DNA of 26,578 nucleotides from an uncultured Deinococcales bacterium (GTDB taxonomy: Bacteria > Deinococcota > Deinococci > Deinococcales > JAAFIG01): NCBI GenBank assembly GCA_964244895.1, contig CAXTKV010000048.1, positions 1-26,578 on the forward strand. Direction: 5' to 3'. The position numbers and the translations under genes were made by a program. Under the pieces are notes generated by a model that saw only the letters and a list, made by a program, of their open reading frames with translations, searched no databases and was not told the DNA's origin. Of the stretch, positions 8,861 to 18,220 are shown in pieces (positions within the stretch are counted from its first letter, which is position 1; every line of letters starts with the position of its first letter).

Positions 8861-10423
8861 GTGAAGAAATTTGGTCAGATCACGCTACTTCTCTCGGCTG
8901 CCATCGTCGGTCTCGCCTCGAGCCAGACGACCCCGAAACGCGGCGGCACCCTGAGCTTCGGGCGCTACGTGGACTCGAGCGTGCTGGAACCCGCGCTCAA
9001 CACCGGCAACCCGGACATCTGGGTGCTGGGCAACATCATGGACACGCTCGTGCGGGCCAGCCTGGACGGCAAGAAGGTGCTGCCGGGCGTGGCCATCTCG
9101 TGGGCGAGCGCCAAAGACAACCTGTCGTACACCTTCAAATTGCGGCCCGGCGTCCGGTTTTCCAACGGCGCGCCGCTGGTGGCCGAAGACGTGAAATGGT
9201 CGCTCGAGCGCGCGGCCAGGAAGGACATCGGTTTCTGGAGCTTCATCCTGGCCAACCTCAAGAGCGTGGACGTGCTCGCAAAGGATGCCGTGCGCGTCAA
9301 TCTGAAGGCCAAAGACCCGGTGTTCCTGACGACCATGAGCGCCTTCAACGCCGCGATTCTGCCGAAGGCTTCCTTCATGGCGCTGCCCGGCAAGGACGAG
9401 ACCGCCAAGGCCAAGGCTTTCGGCGACCAGCCCATCGGGTCGGGGCCGTTCAAGCTCGGGAGTTGGAAGCGCGGCGAGAGCATGGTGCTGGTGCGCAACC
9501 CGTACTACTGGGAACAGGGCGCGGACGGCAAGCCCTTGCCGTATCTGGATCGCGTCAAGTTCGAGATCATCACGGATGACAACACGCGCATTTTGAAGTT
9601 GCAATCCGGCGAACTCGACGCGGCGGAATACATCCCGTTTTCTAGGATCGATGAACTCGCGCAGGATACGAAGCTCAAGATGAAACTCTTCACCTCGAGC
9701 GAGATCAACTACATCGCGCTCAACACGCGCAACAAACCGCTCTCCGACGTGCGGGTGCGCCAGGCGCTCAACCTCTCCACCGACAAAAAAGCGCTGGTAT
9801 CGCTCGTGACGTTCGGGCACGGCAAGCCCAGCAACGGCTTTCTGCCCTCGAGCACGCCCTTGTGGGATTCGGGTTTGCCCGGCTACCCGTTCGATCTCGA
9901 GAAAGCCAAAAAGCTCATGACCGACGCCGGGTATTCGGACGGTTTCGAGATGTCCTTGTTGGTGCGCTCCGGCAGCGCGGACGCGACGCAACTCGGCACG
10001 GCCTTGCAGCAGATGTGGGGCCAGATCGGCGTGAAACTGAGCATTCAACCCGTGGACACCGCCACGCAGCAATCGCTCGAGCAATCGAACAAGTTCGACG
10101 CGGAACTGACCTACTGGACGAACGACATCAACGATCCCAGCGAATACGGCGGCTACATCCTCGACCCGGCCAGCTCGGATTCGAACCACACGGGCTGGAA
10201 AGACCCGAAGGTCACGGCGCTGTTCATGGCCAGCCAGCAGGAACTCGACCCCGCCAAGCGCGCCGCGCAGTACAAAGAGGCGCAGAAGCTCTGGCTCGAT
10301 GGTTCGCCCTTCGTGCTGCTCTACGAGCGCCCCTTCCCCGTAGCGCTCGGCAAGGGCGTGCAGGACTACTATCAGACGCCCTTGGGCAACATGATCTTCA
10401 TCCGCAGCTACCTGACCAAGTGA
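8861..10423 (+). CDS. Dpp/Opp-family solute-binding protein 3 (paralog of SBP1/2)
   Basis: 520 aa from GTG behind AGGAGG. Signal peptide; LRPGVRFSNG, PIGSGPF, RNPYYW and VRQALN motifs. Confidence 0.95.
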   Translation: MKKFGQITLLLSAAIVGLASSQTTPKRGGTLSFGRYVDSSVLEPALNTGNPDIWVLGNIMDTLVRASLDGKKVLPGVAISWASAKDNLSYTFKLRPGVRFSNGAPLVAEDVKWSLERAARKDIGFWSFILANLKSVDVLAKDAVRVNLKAKDPVFLTTMSAFNAAILPKASFMALPGKDETAKAKAFGDQPIGSGPFKLGSWKRGESMVLVRNPYYWEQGADGKPLPYLDRVKFEIITDDNTRILKLQSGELDAAEYIPFSRIDELAQDTKLKMKLFTSSEINYIALNTRNKPLSDVRVRQALNLSTDKKALVSLVTFGHGKPSNGFLPSSTPLWDSGLPGYPFDLEKAKKLMTDAGYSDGFEMSLLVRSGSADATQLGTALQQMWGQIGVKLSIQPVDTATQQSLEQSNKFDAELTYWTNDINDPSEYGGYILDPASSDSNHTGWKDPKVTALFMASQQELDPAKRAAQYKEAQKLWLDGSPFVLLYERPFPVALGKGVQDYYQTPLGNMIFIRSYLTK

Positions 10424-10569
10424 GGCTCGAGGCAAACCCATGATCCTTCAGCGCGAAAACGCTCAACGCAACCTGCACGCTCGCGTACGGGCGTCTTGCC
10501 CTGTGACGCGCGCATCGCCCCTGCGAGGGCGGGCCTCTCGAGCCCCTTCGAACCTGGGCGATTTCTCGA

Positions 10570-10617
10570 GGATGCCGTGCTGCACGCAATTTCAATCTCC
10601 CGTGCTGGACGGTGCTT
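10570..10617. repeat. Bipartite palindromic intergenic element (family A), copy
   Basis: GGATGCC-GTGCTGCAC-(16 nt GCAATTTCAATCTCCC)-GTGCTGGAC-GGTGCTT. Confidence 0.75.
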
Positions 10618-10666
10618 TCTCTCGTGCCCGCCTGAAAAAATTGAACCACCAGCAAAGGAGCGCCAG

Positions 10667-11608
10667 ATGAACCGTTGGTCGTACATCCTCGTGCGCGTCT
10701 TACAGGTGATCCCCACGTTTTTCGTGGTGATGGCGCTGGTGTTTTTCATGGTTCGCCTGCTGCCCGGCGATCCGACCAGCGCAATTTTGGGCGAACGCGC
10801 CACCGAAGAAATGATCGCGCGCGCCAACAAGGAATTGGGGCTGGACAAACCGGTGATCGTGCAGTTCGGGATTTTTGTCGAACGCTTCTTCCAGGGCGAT
10901 CTGGGTGAGTCTATTAACCTGAAAATTCCCGTCTTCCGGCTGATCCTGGAACGGATGCCGGTGACCTTGTTCCTGACGATTTACGCCTCGGTGCTGGCGG
11001 TGCTGCTGGCGGTGCCGCTCTCGTTTGTCGCGGCTCTGCGGCGCGACACGCCCGTGGACAGCGCCATTCGCGGCGTGTTCCAGATCGGTCTTTCCATGCC
11101 CGTTTTTTACATCGGTCTGCAACTGCTGACGATTCTGGGTGCGAAATTGCGCCTGTTCCCGATCGGCGGTTACGGCAACACGTTCCTGGAACACTTGTGG
11201 TTTTTGTTCCTGCCCGCGCTGACGCTCGGCTTCAACCTGGCGGCGATCCTGATGCGCAACCTGCGCGCCGCGATTCTCGAGGTGCTACAAAGTGAATACG
11301 TCGATTTCGCGCGAGCCAAAGGCTTGCGCTCGAGCCTGATCCTGGGCAAGCACGTGCTGCGCAACGCCGTGATCTCGACGGTGACGCTGTTCGGCTTAAA
11401 CATCGGCGGCTTGATCGGCGGGGCGGTCATCACCGAAACCGTGTTCGCCATTCCGGGCGTGGGGCGCTTGATGGTCGAATCGATTTTCGGGCGCGATTAC
11501 CCGGTGATTCAGGGCTTGACGCTGACCTTCGCGGTGCTGGTGTCGCTGACGTTCATCCTGACGGACATCGTTCACGCGCAGCTCGATCCACGAGTGGAGA
11601 TCGCGTGA
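10667..11608 (+). CDS. Dpp/Opp ABC permease (DppB/OppB-like)
   Basis: 313 aa from ATG behind AAAGGAG. LLPGDP, GDLGES, EAA-loop YVDFARAKGL, ITETVFAIPGVG and RDYPVIQG motifs. Confidence 0.95.
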   Translation: MNRWSYILVRVLQVIPTFFVVMALVFFMVRLLPGDPTSAILGERATEEMIARANKELGLDKPVIVQFGIFVERFFQGDLGESINLKIPVFRLILERMPVTLFLTIYASVLAVLLAVPLSFVAALRRDTPVDSAIRGVFQIGLSMPVFYIGLQLLTILGAKLRLFPIGGYGNTFLEHLWFLFLPALTLGFNLAAILMRNLRAAILEVLQSEYVDFARAKGLRSSLILGKHVLRNAVISTVTLFGLNIGGLIGGAVITETVFAIPGVGRLMVESIFGRDYPVIQGLTLTFAVLVSLTFILTDIVHAQLDPRVEIA

Positions 11609-11659
11609 TCGCCCGAGTCGTCGTCCGGCTCTCCTTCGAAGGGCGCGCCTTGCGCTCGA

Positions 11660-11717
11660 GGACACCGTCCTGCACAATGTCCTCTGCATCGCTGGAAATG
11701 CCGTCCTGGGCGGTATC
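11660..11717. repeat. Bipartite palindromic intergenic element (family A), long-spacer copy
   Basis: GGACACC-GTCCTGCAC-(27 nt)-GTCCTGGGC-GGTATC. Confidence 0.7.
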
Positions 11718-11750
11718 GTTTCAAATCGCCCCGAGCTGGAGGTCGCGCTG

Positions 11751-12602
11751 ATGGCCGCACCTGCACTGCCCGCAACTCGAGTCCCGAGCCGTACGCGGGT
11801 TCGTCTGAAGCCCACCATGATTGCTGGCATCGCGATCATCGGTGCCTTCGTGATCATGGCGATCGTGCCGCAACTGATCGCGCCGTACAGCCCGACCAAC
11901 TTCGACTATCAGGCGGTGCTGCAAGGGCCGAGCCTCAAGCACCCGTTCGGCACGGATAACTTCGGGCGGGATGTGTTCTCGAGGGTTATCTGGGGTTCGC
12001 AGGTGGACATGCAGATCGCCTTGTTCACGACGCTCTTCCCGTTCATCTTTGGAACCTTCGTGGGCGCGATGACGGGCTATTACGGCAAGTGGTCGGACGC
12101 GATCTTCGGGCGGATCGTGGACATCGTCGTGACCTTTCCGTTCCTGGTGCTGGTGATCGCCATCGTGGCGCTGTTGGGGCCGGGTTTGAAAAACATGTTC
12201 ATCGCGGTCAGCGCGGTCGGCTGGATCACCTACGGTCGGCTGGTGCGCGGCGAGATCCTGACCCAGAAAAAAGCTGAGTACGCCCTGGCCGGGCGCGTGA
12301 TGGGCTACACGCCCAGCCGGATTATTTTTCGCCACCTGCTGCCCAACGCGATCACGCCCGCCATCGTCTACTGGATGACCGACATGGCGCTCGGGATTCT
12401 CCTGGGCTCGAGCCTCGGCTACCTGGGATTGGGGGCGCAACCGCCGACCGCCGAATGGGGCGTGCTGATCGCGGATGGCAAGAATTTCCTGACGACCGCC
12501 TGGTGGATCTCGACCTTTCCGGGCCTGGCGATCACCGTCGCGGGCGTGGGTTTCAGCCTGCTCGGGGACGGGCTGGCGGACATCCTGAGGCCCAAAGGAT
12601 GA
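11751..12602 (+). CDS. Dpp/Opp ABC permease (DppC/OppC-like)
   Basis: 283 aa with HPFGTDNFGRD, RHLLPN, LGYLGLGAQPPTAEWG and LLGDGL motifs; GGAGG RBS. Confidence 0.95.
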   Translation: MAAPALPATRVPSRTRVRLKPTMIAGIAIIGAFVIMAIVPQLIAPYSPTNFDYQAVLQGPSLKHPFGTDNFGRDVFSRVIWGSQVDMQIALFTTLFPFIFGTFVGAMTGYYGKWSDAIFGRIVDIVVTFPFLVLVIAIVALLGPGLKNMFIAVSAVGWITYGRLVRGEILTQKKAEYALAGRVMGYTPSRIIFRHLLPNAITPAIVYWMTDMALGILLGSSLGYLGLGAQPPTAEWGVLIADGKNFLTTAWWISTFPGLAITVAGVGFSLLGDGLADILRPKG

Positions 12603-13648
12603 GCGCCCAGGCGAACCCGATCCTGCTCGAGCTGCGCGATCTGCGCACCGTCTTTCACACGGCCAGAGGTGCGTTTACCGCCGTGGATGGCGTCAACCTG
12701 AGCCTGAACGAGGGCGAGGTGCTGGGATTGGTCGGCGAGTCCGGCTCCGGCAAGAGCGTCACCTTGAGATCCATCCTGCGCCTGGTGCGGCCTCCGGGAA
12801 CCGTGTCCGGGACGGTGCTGTGGCGCGGCACGAATGTGCTGGAGTTGCCGGAAGCGCGCTTGCGCAAGGTGCGCGGCGGCGAGATCAGCATGATCTTCCA
12901 GGAACCGATGACGGCCCTCAACCCTGTGCTGTCCGTCGGCGAGCAGATCGTGGAGACGCTGCGCGAACACACGAGTCTCTCAAGGCAAGAGGTTCAGGCC
13001 AGGGCGGTCGAATTGCTCGAGTTGGTCGGCATTCCGTCGCCCAGGGAACGCCTTCAGGATTTCCCGCACCAGTTCTCCGGCGGCATGCGCCAGCGCGCCA
13101 TGATCGCGATCGCGCTCGCGTCCAATCCCAAACTGCTGCTGGCGGACGAACCGACGACCGCGCTGGACGTGACCATCCAGGATCAGATCTTGAAACTGCT
13201 GTTGCGCCTCAAGGACACGCTCAAAATGGGTGTAATCCTGGTGACGCACGATCTGGGCGTGGTCGCGCAGACCTGCGACCGCGTGGCCGTGATGTACGCG
13301 GGCCGGATCGTCGAGGTCGCGCCCGCGACGGAGTTGTTCGCCCAGCCGCGCCACGCGTACACCCTCGGGTTGCTGAATTCCGTGCCCGGTGCGGAATCCA
13401 CGCGCCGCCCGCTGATCCCGATTCCGGGCGCGCCGCCGAACCTGGCCAATCTGCCGCCCGGTTGCCCGTTCGCGCCGCGCTGCACCTACGCCACGCCGGA
13501 GTGCAATCTTGAACGTCCCGCCTTGCGCGCGATCTCGAGCACCCGACTTTCCGCCTGCATTCACCACGACAGGCTCGCCCAGAGCGCCGCCCAACAGAGC
13601 GTTGCCCAGCAGAGCGCCGCCCAGCAGACGGGCGAGGTGATCTCGTGA
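12599..13648 (+). CDS. Dpp/Opp ABC ATP-binding protein (DppD/OppD-like)
   Basis: 349 aa from the ATGA overlap. Walker [17 protein letters not shown], Walker B LLLADEPT, and C-terminal GCPFAPRC...C...C domain. Confidence 0.95.
   Translation: MSAQANPILLELRDLRTVFHTARGAFTAVDGVNLSLNEGEVLGLVGESGSGKSVTLRSILRLVRPPGTVSGTVLWRGTNVLELPEARLRKVRGGEISMIFQEPMTALNPVLSVGEQIVETLREHTSLSRQEVQARAVELLELVGIPSPRERLQDFPHQFSGGMRQRAMIAIALASNPKLLLADEPTTALDVTIQDQILKLLLRLKDTLKMGVILVTHDLGVVAQTCDRVAVMYAGRIVEVAPATELFAQPRHAYTLGLLNSVPGAESTRRPLIPIPGAPPNLANLPPGCPFAPRCTYATPECNLERPALRAISSTRLSACIHHDRLAQSAAQQSVAQQSAAQQTGEVIS
13580..13624 (+). repeat. 3 x 15-nt in-frame tandem repeat ([15 protein letters not shown])
   Basis: CAGAGCGCCGCCCAA CAGAGCGTTGCCCAG CAGAGCGCCGCCCAG at the 3' end of the ATPase gene. 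Confidence 0.85.
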
Positions 13649-14682
13649 ACCCAGCCGACCACGCGCCGATCATGAAGGTGCGCGAATTGACCAAGACCTT
13701 CCCCGTGCCGTCCTCGCCGCTCGAGCGGATGCGCGGTGCGCCGCCGAAGGCCGTCCGGGCGCTGACGGGCGTCAGCCTGGATCTGCTTCGCGGCGAGACG
13801 CTCGGCATCGTCGGGGAATCCGGTTGCGGCAAGAGCACGCTCGCGCGTTGCCTGGTGCGCCTCTACGACGCGGATTCGGGTTCGCTGGAATACGACGGTG
13901 CGGACGTGCTGCGCCTGCACGGCCTTCAGTTGAGGCGCTACAACCGTCGCGTGCAGATGGTTTTCCAGGACCCCTTCTCGAGCCTCAACCCGCGCATGAC
14001 GGTCGGTCAGGTCTTGCGAGAGGCGCTCTCGGTTCACGGCCTGAGAACGCCCGCCCAGGTGCCCGATCGGATTCACGAATTGCTCGATCTGGTCGGACTT
14101 CCCAGGGACGCCACGGACCGATTGCCGCACGAGTTCTCGGGCGGGCAACGCCAGCGCATCGGCATCGCGCGGGCGCTGTCCGTCGAACCCGAGACGCTGA
14201 TCGCGGATGAATTGGTCAGCGCCCTCGATGTCAGCGTGCAGGCGCAGGTCGTGAACCTCTTGCTCGAGCTGCAAGAACGCCTGCACCTGACGGTGATGTT
14301 CGTGGCTCACGATCTGCGGCTCGTGCGCCACATCTCGCACCGCGTGGCGGTGATGTACCTCGGGCGCGTGGTGGAACTCGCCGAAACCGAAAAACTGTTC
14401 TCGAGCCCGCAGCATCCGTACACGCAGGCGCTCCTTCGCGCCGCACCGGAACTCGATCCGAGCCGGAAATCCAAGGTCGAAGCCGTGCGCGGCGAGTTGC
14501 CCAGCCCCTTGAACCCGCCGCCCGGCTGCGCCTTTCACCCGCGCTGTCCGCAGGCGTTCGAGCGGTGCAGGCTCGAGATTCCCGTCCTCGAGCCGCGCGG
14601 TGACGGTGCCCGACTGAGCGCCTGCTTCCTGCACGAACCCACGATTCGCGAGCCGCAGAAGATGACCTCGAGCGCACGCTGA
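13645..14682 (+). CDS. Dpp/Opp ABC ATP-binding protein (DppF/OppF-like)
   Basis: 345 aa with GESGCGKS, FSGGQRQR, IADE, HPYT and GCAFHPRC motifs; GTGA overlap with the upstream ATPase. Confidence 0.95.
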   Translation: MNPADHAPIMKVRELTKTFPVPSSPLERMRGAPPKAVRALTGVSLDLLRGETLGIVGESGCGKSTLARCLVRLYDADSGSLEYDGADVLRLHGLQLRRYNRRVQMVFQDPFSSLNPRMTVGQVLREALSVHGLRTPAQVPDRIHELLDLVGLPRDATDRLPHEFSGGQRQRIGIARALSVEPETLIADELVSALDVSVQAQVVNLLLELQERLHLTVMFVAHDLRLVRHISHRVAVMYLGRVVELAETEKLFSSPQHPYTQALLRAAPELDPSRKSKVEAVRGELPSPLNPPPGCAFHPRCPQAFERCRLEIPVLEPRGDGARLSACFLHEPTIREPQKMTSSAR

Positions 14683-14689
14683 TCGCGCT

Positions 14690-14737
14690 GAGCGCCGTCC
14701 GGCGCGCGTACCGAATACTGCGTCCAGGACGGAACGG
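14690..14737. repeat. Bipartite palindromic intergenic element (family A), degenerate copy
   Basis: GAGCGCC-GTCCGGCGC-(16 nt GCGTACCGAATACTGC)-GTCCAGGAC-GGAACGG. Confidence 0.65.
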
Positions 14738-14794
14738 TTATAGCCCGAGCGTTCGACGAAAGGATCGTTCGCGCCGTTCGAGCGATCCGAAAAC

Positions 14795-14823
14795 TTGACT
14801 CTCGATTCGGATATTTATACACT
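14795..14823 (+). promoter_or_regulatory. Sigma70-type promoter of the FadR-like regulator operon
   Basis: TTGACT-N17-TACACT. Confidence 0.8.
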
Positions 14824-14830
14824 CTGACAT

Positions 14831-14849
14831 TCATCCGGTCATCCGACCA
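14831..14849. promoter_or_regulatory. Putative FadR-subfamily operator (TCATCCGGTCATCCGACCA)
   Basis: Lies just downstream of the -10 box. TCATCCGACCA resembles FadR-subfamily boxes of the TGGTCNGACCA/TCATCNGATGA type, and TCATCCG is repeated. Confidence 0.55.
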
Positions 14850-14864
14850 CCGAGCCGAACAGGG

Positions 14865-15608
14865 GTGCGCATCCAGAACCTCGAGATCAAACGCTCCAAA
14901 CTGCGGGATGGCGTCGTGGAGCACCTGCTCGGCATGATGCGCGACGGCCAACTGCGGCCCGGCGCATTCTTGCCGAACGAGCGCGAACTGGCGGCTCAAC
15001 TCGGTATCGGTCGAGCGAGTTTGCGCGAGGCGATCCACCAGCTCGAGGTGCTCGGCTACCTTCAGGCGCGCCAGGGCGAGGGAACGCTGGTGCTCGATCC
15101 GACCACGGCGGATCTCGCAAAACCGTTCCGCGGCCTGCTGGTCGGGCGTCCGCACATGGCTCGAGATCTGCTGGAGTTCCGCTTGCTGCTCGAGCCCGGC
15201 GTGGCGGCGCTGGCGGCGGAGCGTGCGACGCCGGAAGACATCCTGGCGCTCGAGATGGCGCTCGACGTGCAGCGCCAGTGCGCCTCTCAGCACCGCAGCC
15301 TGCGTTCCGCCGACCTCGAGTTTCACGAACTGATCGCGCGGGCCGCACGCAACAATGTCACGACCCAGGTGCTCTCCGCCCTGCGGCAACTGATGGTCAA
15401 CCTGCGCGAACGGGCCCTGTCGGATGACCAGCAGGAGTTGACCCTCAGGCACCACACCGCCATCGTCGGCGCAATCCGGCAGCGAAGCCCAACAGCGGCC
15501 AGAAACGCCATGGAACTGCACCTGAACGACGTGGTTCGATTCGCACCATCATCCGGCGATCCGGCACGCAAGCAACGTTTATTCAAGCGCACGGCAAAAG
15601 TATCCTGA
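14865..15608 (+). CDS. FadR-subfamily GntR regulator (wHTH + FCD domain)
   Basis: 247 aa with LPNERELAAQLGIGRASLREA...QGEGT and FCD motifs (R..LE, ADLEFHELIARAARN, HTAIVGAI, MELHL). Confidence 0.93.
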   Translation: MRIQNLEIKRSKLRDGVVEHLLGMMRDGQLRPGAFLPNERELAAQLGIGRASLREAIHQLEVLGYLQARQGEGTLVLDPTTADLAKPFRGLLVGRPHMARDLLEFRLLLEPGVAALAAERATPEDILALEMALDVQRQCASQHRSLRSADLEFHELIARAARNNVTTQVLSALRQLMVNLRERALSDDQQELTLRHHTAIVGAIRQRSPTAARNAMELHLNDVVRFAPSSGDPARKQRLFKRTAKVS

Positions 15609-15618
15609 GGAGGCAGAC

Positions 15619-17112
15619 ATGAAAAAGTTCATCCCAATCCTATTGCTCGCGGCGCTCGGGGTCACGCTCGGGCTGGCGCAAAGCGACAACACGCTGACCG
15701 TCGGTCTGGACGCCGATCCGCCGAACCTCGATCCGGCGGTCTCGAGCGCCTTCGTGGATCGGCAAGTGCAGAACCAGATTTACGACAAGTTGGTGGACAT
15801 CGATCCGAAACTCAAGATCACCCCGATGCTGGCCACCAAGTGGCAGGTCAGCGAAGGCGGTCTGGTGTACACCTTCACGTTGCGCCAGGGCGTCAAATTC
15901 CACGACGGAACGGCCTTCGATGCGAGCGCCGTCAAGTTCAACCTCGAGCGTTACCTGACCCTGGACGGTTCCAGACGCAAGGGTGAACTGGGCGCGGTCA
16001 AGGAAGTCAAAGTGCTCGCGCCAGACAAGGTCGAACTCGATCTGAAATACCCGTATTCGCCCCTTTTGTACATCCTGTCCGATCGTTCCGGCATGATGGT
16101 TTCACCGGCTGCGGCTGCGAAATTCGGCAAGGACTTGACCAACAACCCGGTCGGCACGGGACCGTTCAAGTTCGTTGATCGCAAGCGCCAGGATCGCATC
16201 AGCCTGGAAAAGAACCCGAGCTACTGGGGTCAGGGACTGCCAAAGTTCGACAAGCTCGTGTACCGCCCGTTCCCGGACGATGACGTGCGCACCGCCAACC
16301 TGCTCTCCGGTGCGGTTCAGGTGATCGCGCCCGTCTCGCCCAAAGACCTCAAGACAATCGGCGAGAACGCCAAGACGAAACTCGAGAATTTTTCCGGCTT
16401 GGGCTTTCAGGGCATCTGGTTGAACACCACCCGCGCGCCCTTCAACAACAAGGCGCTGCGTCAGGCGTTCGGCGCGACCCTCGACCGTGAGGCCATCGAC
16501 AAGGTCGTGTTCCTGGGGAGCGTCACGCCCGCCGCGACCGTCTTCCCGCCGAACTCGCCCGCGTACGACCCGCAGTTCAAGGTGCCAGCGCAGGACCTGG
16601 AATTGGCCAAGAAGAAACTGGCTGAAGCGGGTAAGGTGGGCGGGTTCAGCTTCACGCTCCTGACAGTTCCCGGCCCGGTCAGCACGCAACTCGCGCAGTT
16701 GTACCAGGCCTTCGCCGCCAGCGCGGGCATCACGCTGAAAATTGAGCAGGTCGAGTTCGGCACGCTGCTGGATCGGGCGGACAAAAAGAACTTCGACGCG
16801 GTCGCGCTCGGCTGGAGCGGCAGGCCAGATCCGGACGGCAACATCTTCGATTTTTTCACGACCGGCACGGCCAACAACAACGGCGCCTACAGCAATCCGA
16901 AAGTCGATGCGCTCCTGCTGCAGGCCCGCCAGACGCGCGACATGGGCATCCGAAAGGGCATTTACAGCGATGCCATGAAGATCATCGTGGACGACGCCGC
17001 GTACCCGATCACGTATTTTCAGCGCAATACGATCGGCATGCTCAAGGGCGTGAGCGGCTTGCCGCTCAACCCGGACGGGATCTTGCGCTTCAGAGCCGTC
17101 GAGATGAAGTGA
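15619..17112 (+). CDS. Dpp/Opp-family solute-binding protein 4
   Basis: 497 aa; GAGGAGG RBS; signal peptide; LDP, LRQGVKFHDG, PVGTGPF and GWSGRPDPD motifs. Confidence 0.95.
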   Translation: MKKFIPILLLAALGVTLGLAQSDNTLTVGLDADPPNLDPAVSSAFVDRQVQNQIYDKLVDIDPKLKITPMLATKWQVSEGGLVYTFTLRQGVKFHDGTAFDASAVKFNLERYLTLDGSRRKGELGAVKEVKVLAPDKVELDLKYPYSPLLYILSDRSGMMVSPAAAAKFGKDLTNNPVGTGPFKFVDRKRQDRISLEKNPSYWGQGLPKFDKLVYRPFPDDDVRTANLLSGAVQVIAPVSPKDLKTIGENAKTKLENFSGLGFQGIWLNTTRAPFNNKALRQAFGATLDREAIDKVVFLGSVTPAATVFPPNSPAYDPQFKVPAQDLELAKKKLAEAGKVGGFSFTLLTVPGPVSTQLAQLYQAFAASAGITLKIEQVEFGTLLDRADKKNFDAVALGWSGRPDPDGNIFDFFTTGTANNNGAYSNPKVDALLLQARQTRDMGIRKGIYSDAMKIIVDDAAYPITYFQRNTIGMLKGVSGLPLNPDGILRFRAVEMK

Positions 17113-17117
17113 ATGCT

Positions 17118-17150
17118 CGAGGGGCGTCGAGTCGCCCACGACGCCCCTCG
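17118..17150 (+). terminator. Strong stem-loop after SBP4 (terminator/attenuator or mRNA stabiliser)
   Basis: 12-bp perfect stem CGAGGGGCGTCG/CGACGCCCCTCG with a 9-nt loop, 5 nt after the stop; no U-tract. Confidence 0.55.
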
Positions 17151-17187
17151 CTCGAGTCTCGAGATGCGTGCACTCTTGCAAAGCCCA

Positions 17188-17245
17188 AAAGACCGTGCCA
17201 GACGCAATTCTCGAGCATGCGATTCTCGTGCGCTAGGCGGTGTTC
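17188..17245. repeat. Bipartite palindromic intergenic element (family A), long-spacer degenerate copy
   Basis: AAAGACC-GTGCCAGAC-(26 nt)-GCGCTAGGC-GGTGTTC. Confidence 0.55.
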
Positions 17246-17275
17246 TCGCGCAGACCCTTTTGAGGTGACTCGAGC

Positions 17276-18220
17276 GTGATCCCTTTTGCCATCAGGCGCT
17301 TGCTGTCCACGCTGCCCACGCTGTTCGTGGTGACGGTGATCGTCTTCGCCATCGTGCGCGTGCTGCCCGGCAACCCGGCGCGCTTGCTCCTGGGTGAGGA
17401 AGCCACGCCCGCACTCGTGGCGGAACTGACCCACGAGATGGGCTTGGATAGACCGCTGCCCGTGCAGTACGCAAGCTGGTTGGGCGGCGTGCTGCGCGGC
17501 GATTTCGGGCGCTCGGTCAAGGACAACATGTCGGTCGGAATCTTGATCTTTGAAAAGCTCCCGACCACATTAGAACTGGCTTTCCTGGCGACCCTGGTGT
17601 CCGTGTTGATCGCGCTCCCGGCGGGGATCGTCACGGCGGCCAAACGGGGCGGCTTCACGGACGGCGCAATCACCGTGCTGGCGCTGTCCGGCGTGTCACT
17701 GCCGAATTTTTTTCTGGGCATTTTGCTGATTTACCTGTTCTCGATTCAACTCGGCTGGATTCCGCCTTCAGGATACGTCACGCCGCTCGAGAACCCACTC
17801 GAGAACCTGCGATTGATGATCCTGCCCGCAATCACGCTCGGTCTGGGTACGGCTGGCGCGTTGACGCGGTTTCTGCGCGGCGCGATGCTCGAGGTGTTGG
17901 GGCAGGATTACGTCCGCACGGCCCGCGCCAAGGGTGTGGCGGGTCGCGCCGTGCTGTACCGTCACGCCCTGCGGAACGCGCTGATTCCGGTCGTGACGAT
18001 CTTCGGTCTACAACTCGGTGGCTTGCTGGGCGGCGCGGTCATCACCGAGCAAATCTTCAGCATTCCGGGCTTCGGGCGCTTGATCGTGGACGCGGTCTTC
18101 ACCCGCGATTTTCCCGTCGTGCAGGGCGTCGTGCTGTTCAGCGCTGCCTCGATTTTCCTGGTGAGTTTCCTGGTCGATCTGATTTACGCGGCGGTGGATC
18201 CGCGCATCCGATACCGATGA
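17276..18220 (+). CDS. Dpp/Opp ABC permease (B-type)
   Basis: 314 aa with LPGNPA, GDFGRS, DYVRTARAKG, ITEQIFSIPG and RDFPVVQG motifs. Confidence 0.95.
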   Translation: MIPFAIRRLLSTLPTLFVVTVIVFAIVRVLPGNPARLLLGEEATPALVAELTHEMGLDRPLPVQYASWLGGVLRGDFGRSVKDNMSVGILIFEKLPTTLELAFLATLVSVLIALPAGIVTAAKRGGFTDGAITVLALSGVSLPNFFLGILLIYLFSIQLGWIPPSGYVTPLENPLENLRLMILPAITLGLGTAGALTRFLRGAMLEVLGQDYVRTARAKGVAGRAVLYRHALRNALIPVVTIFGLQLGGLLGGAVITEQIFSIPGFGRLIVDAVFTRDFPVVQGVVLFSAASIFLVSFLVDLIYAAVDPRIRYR

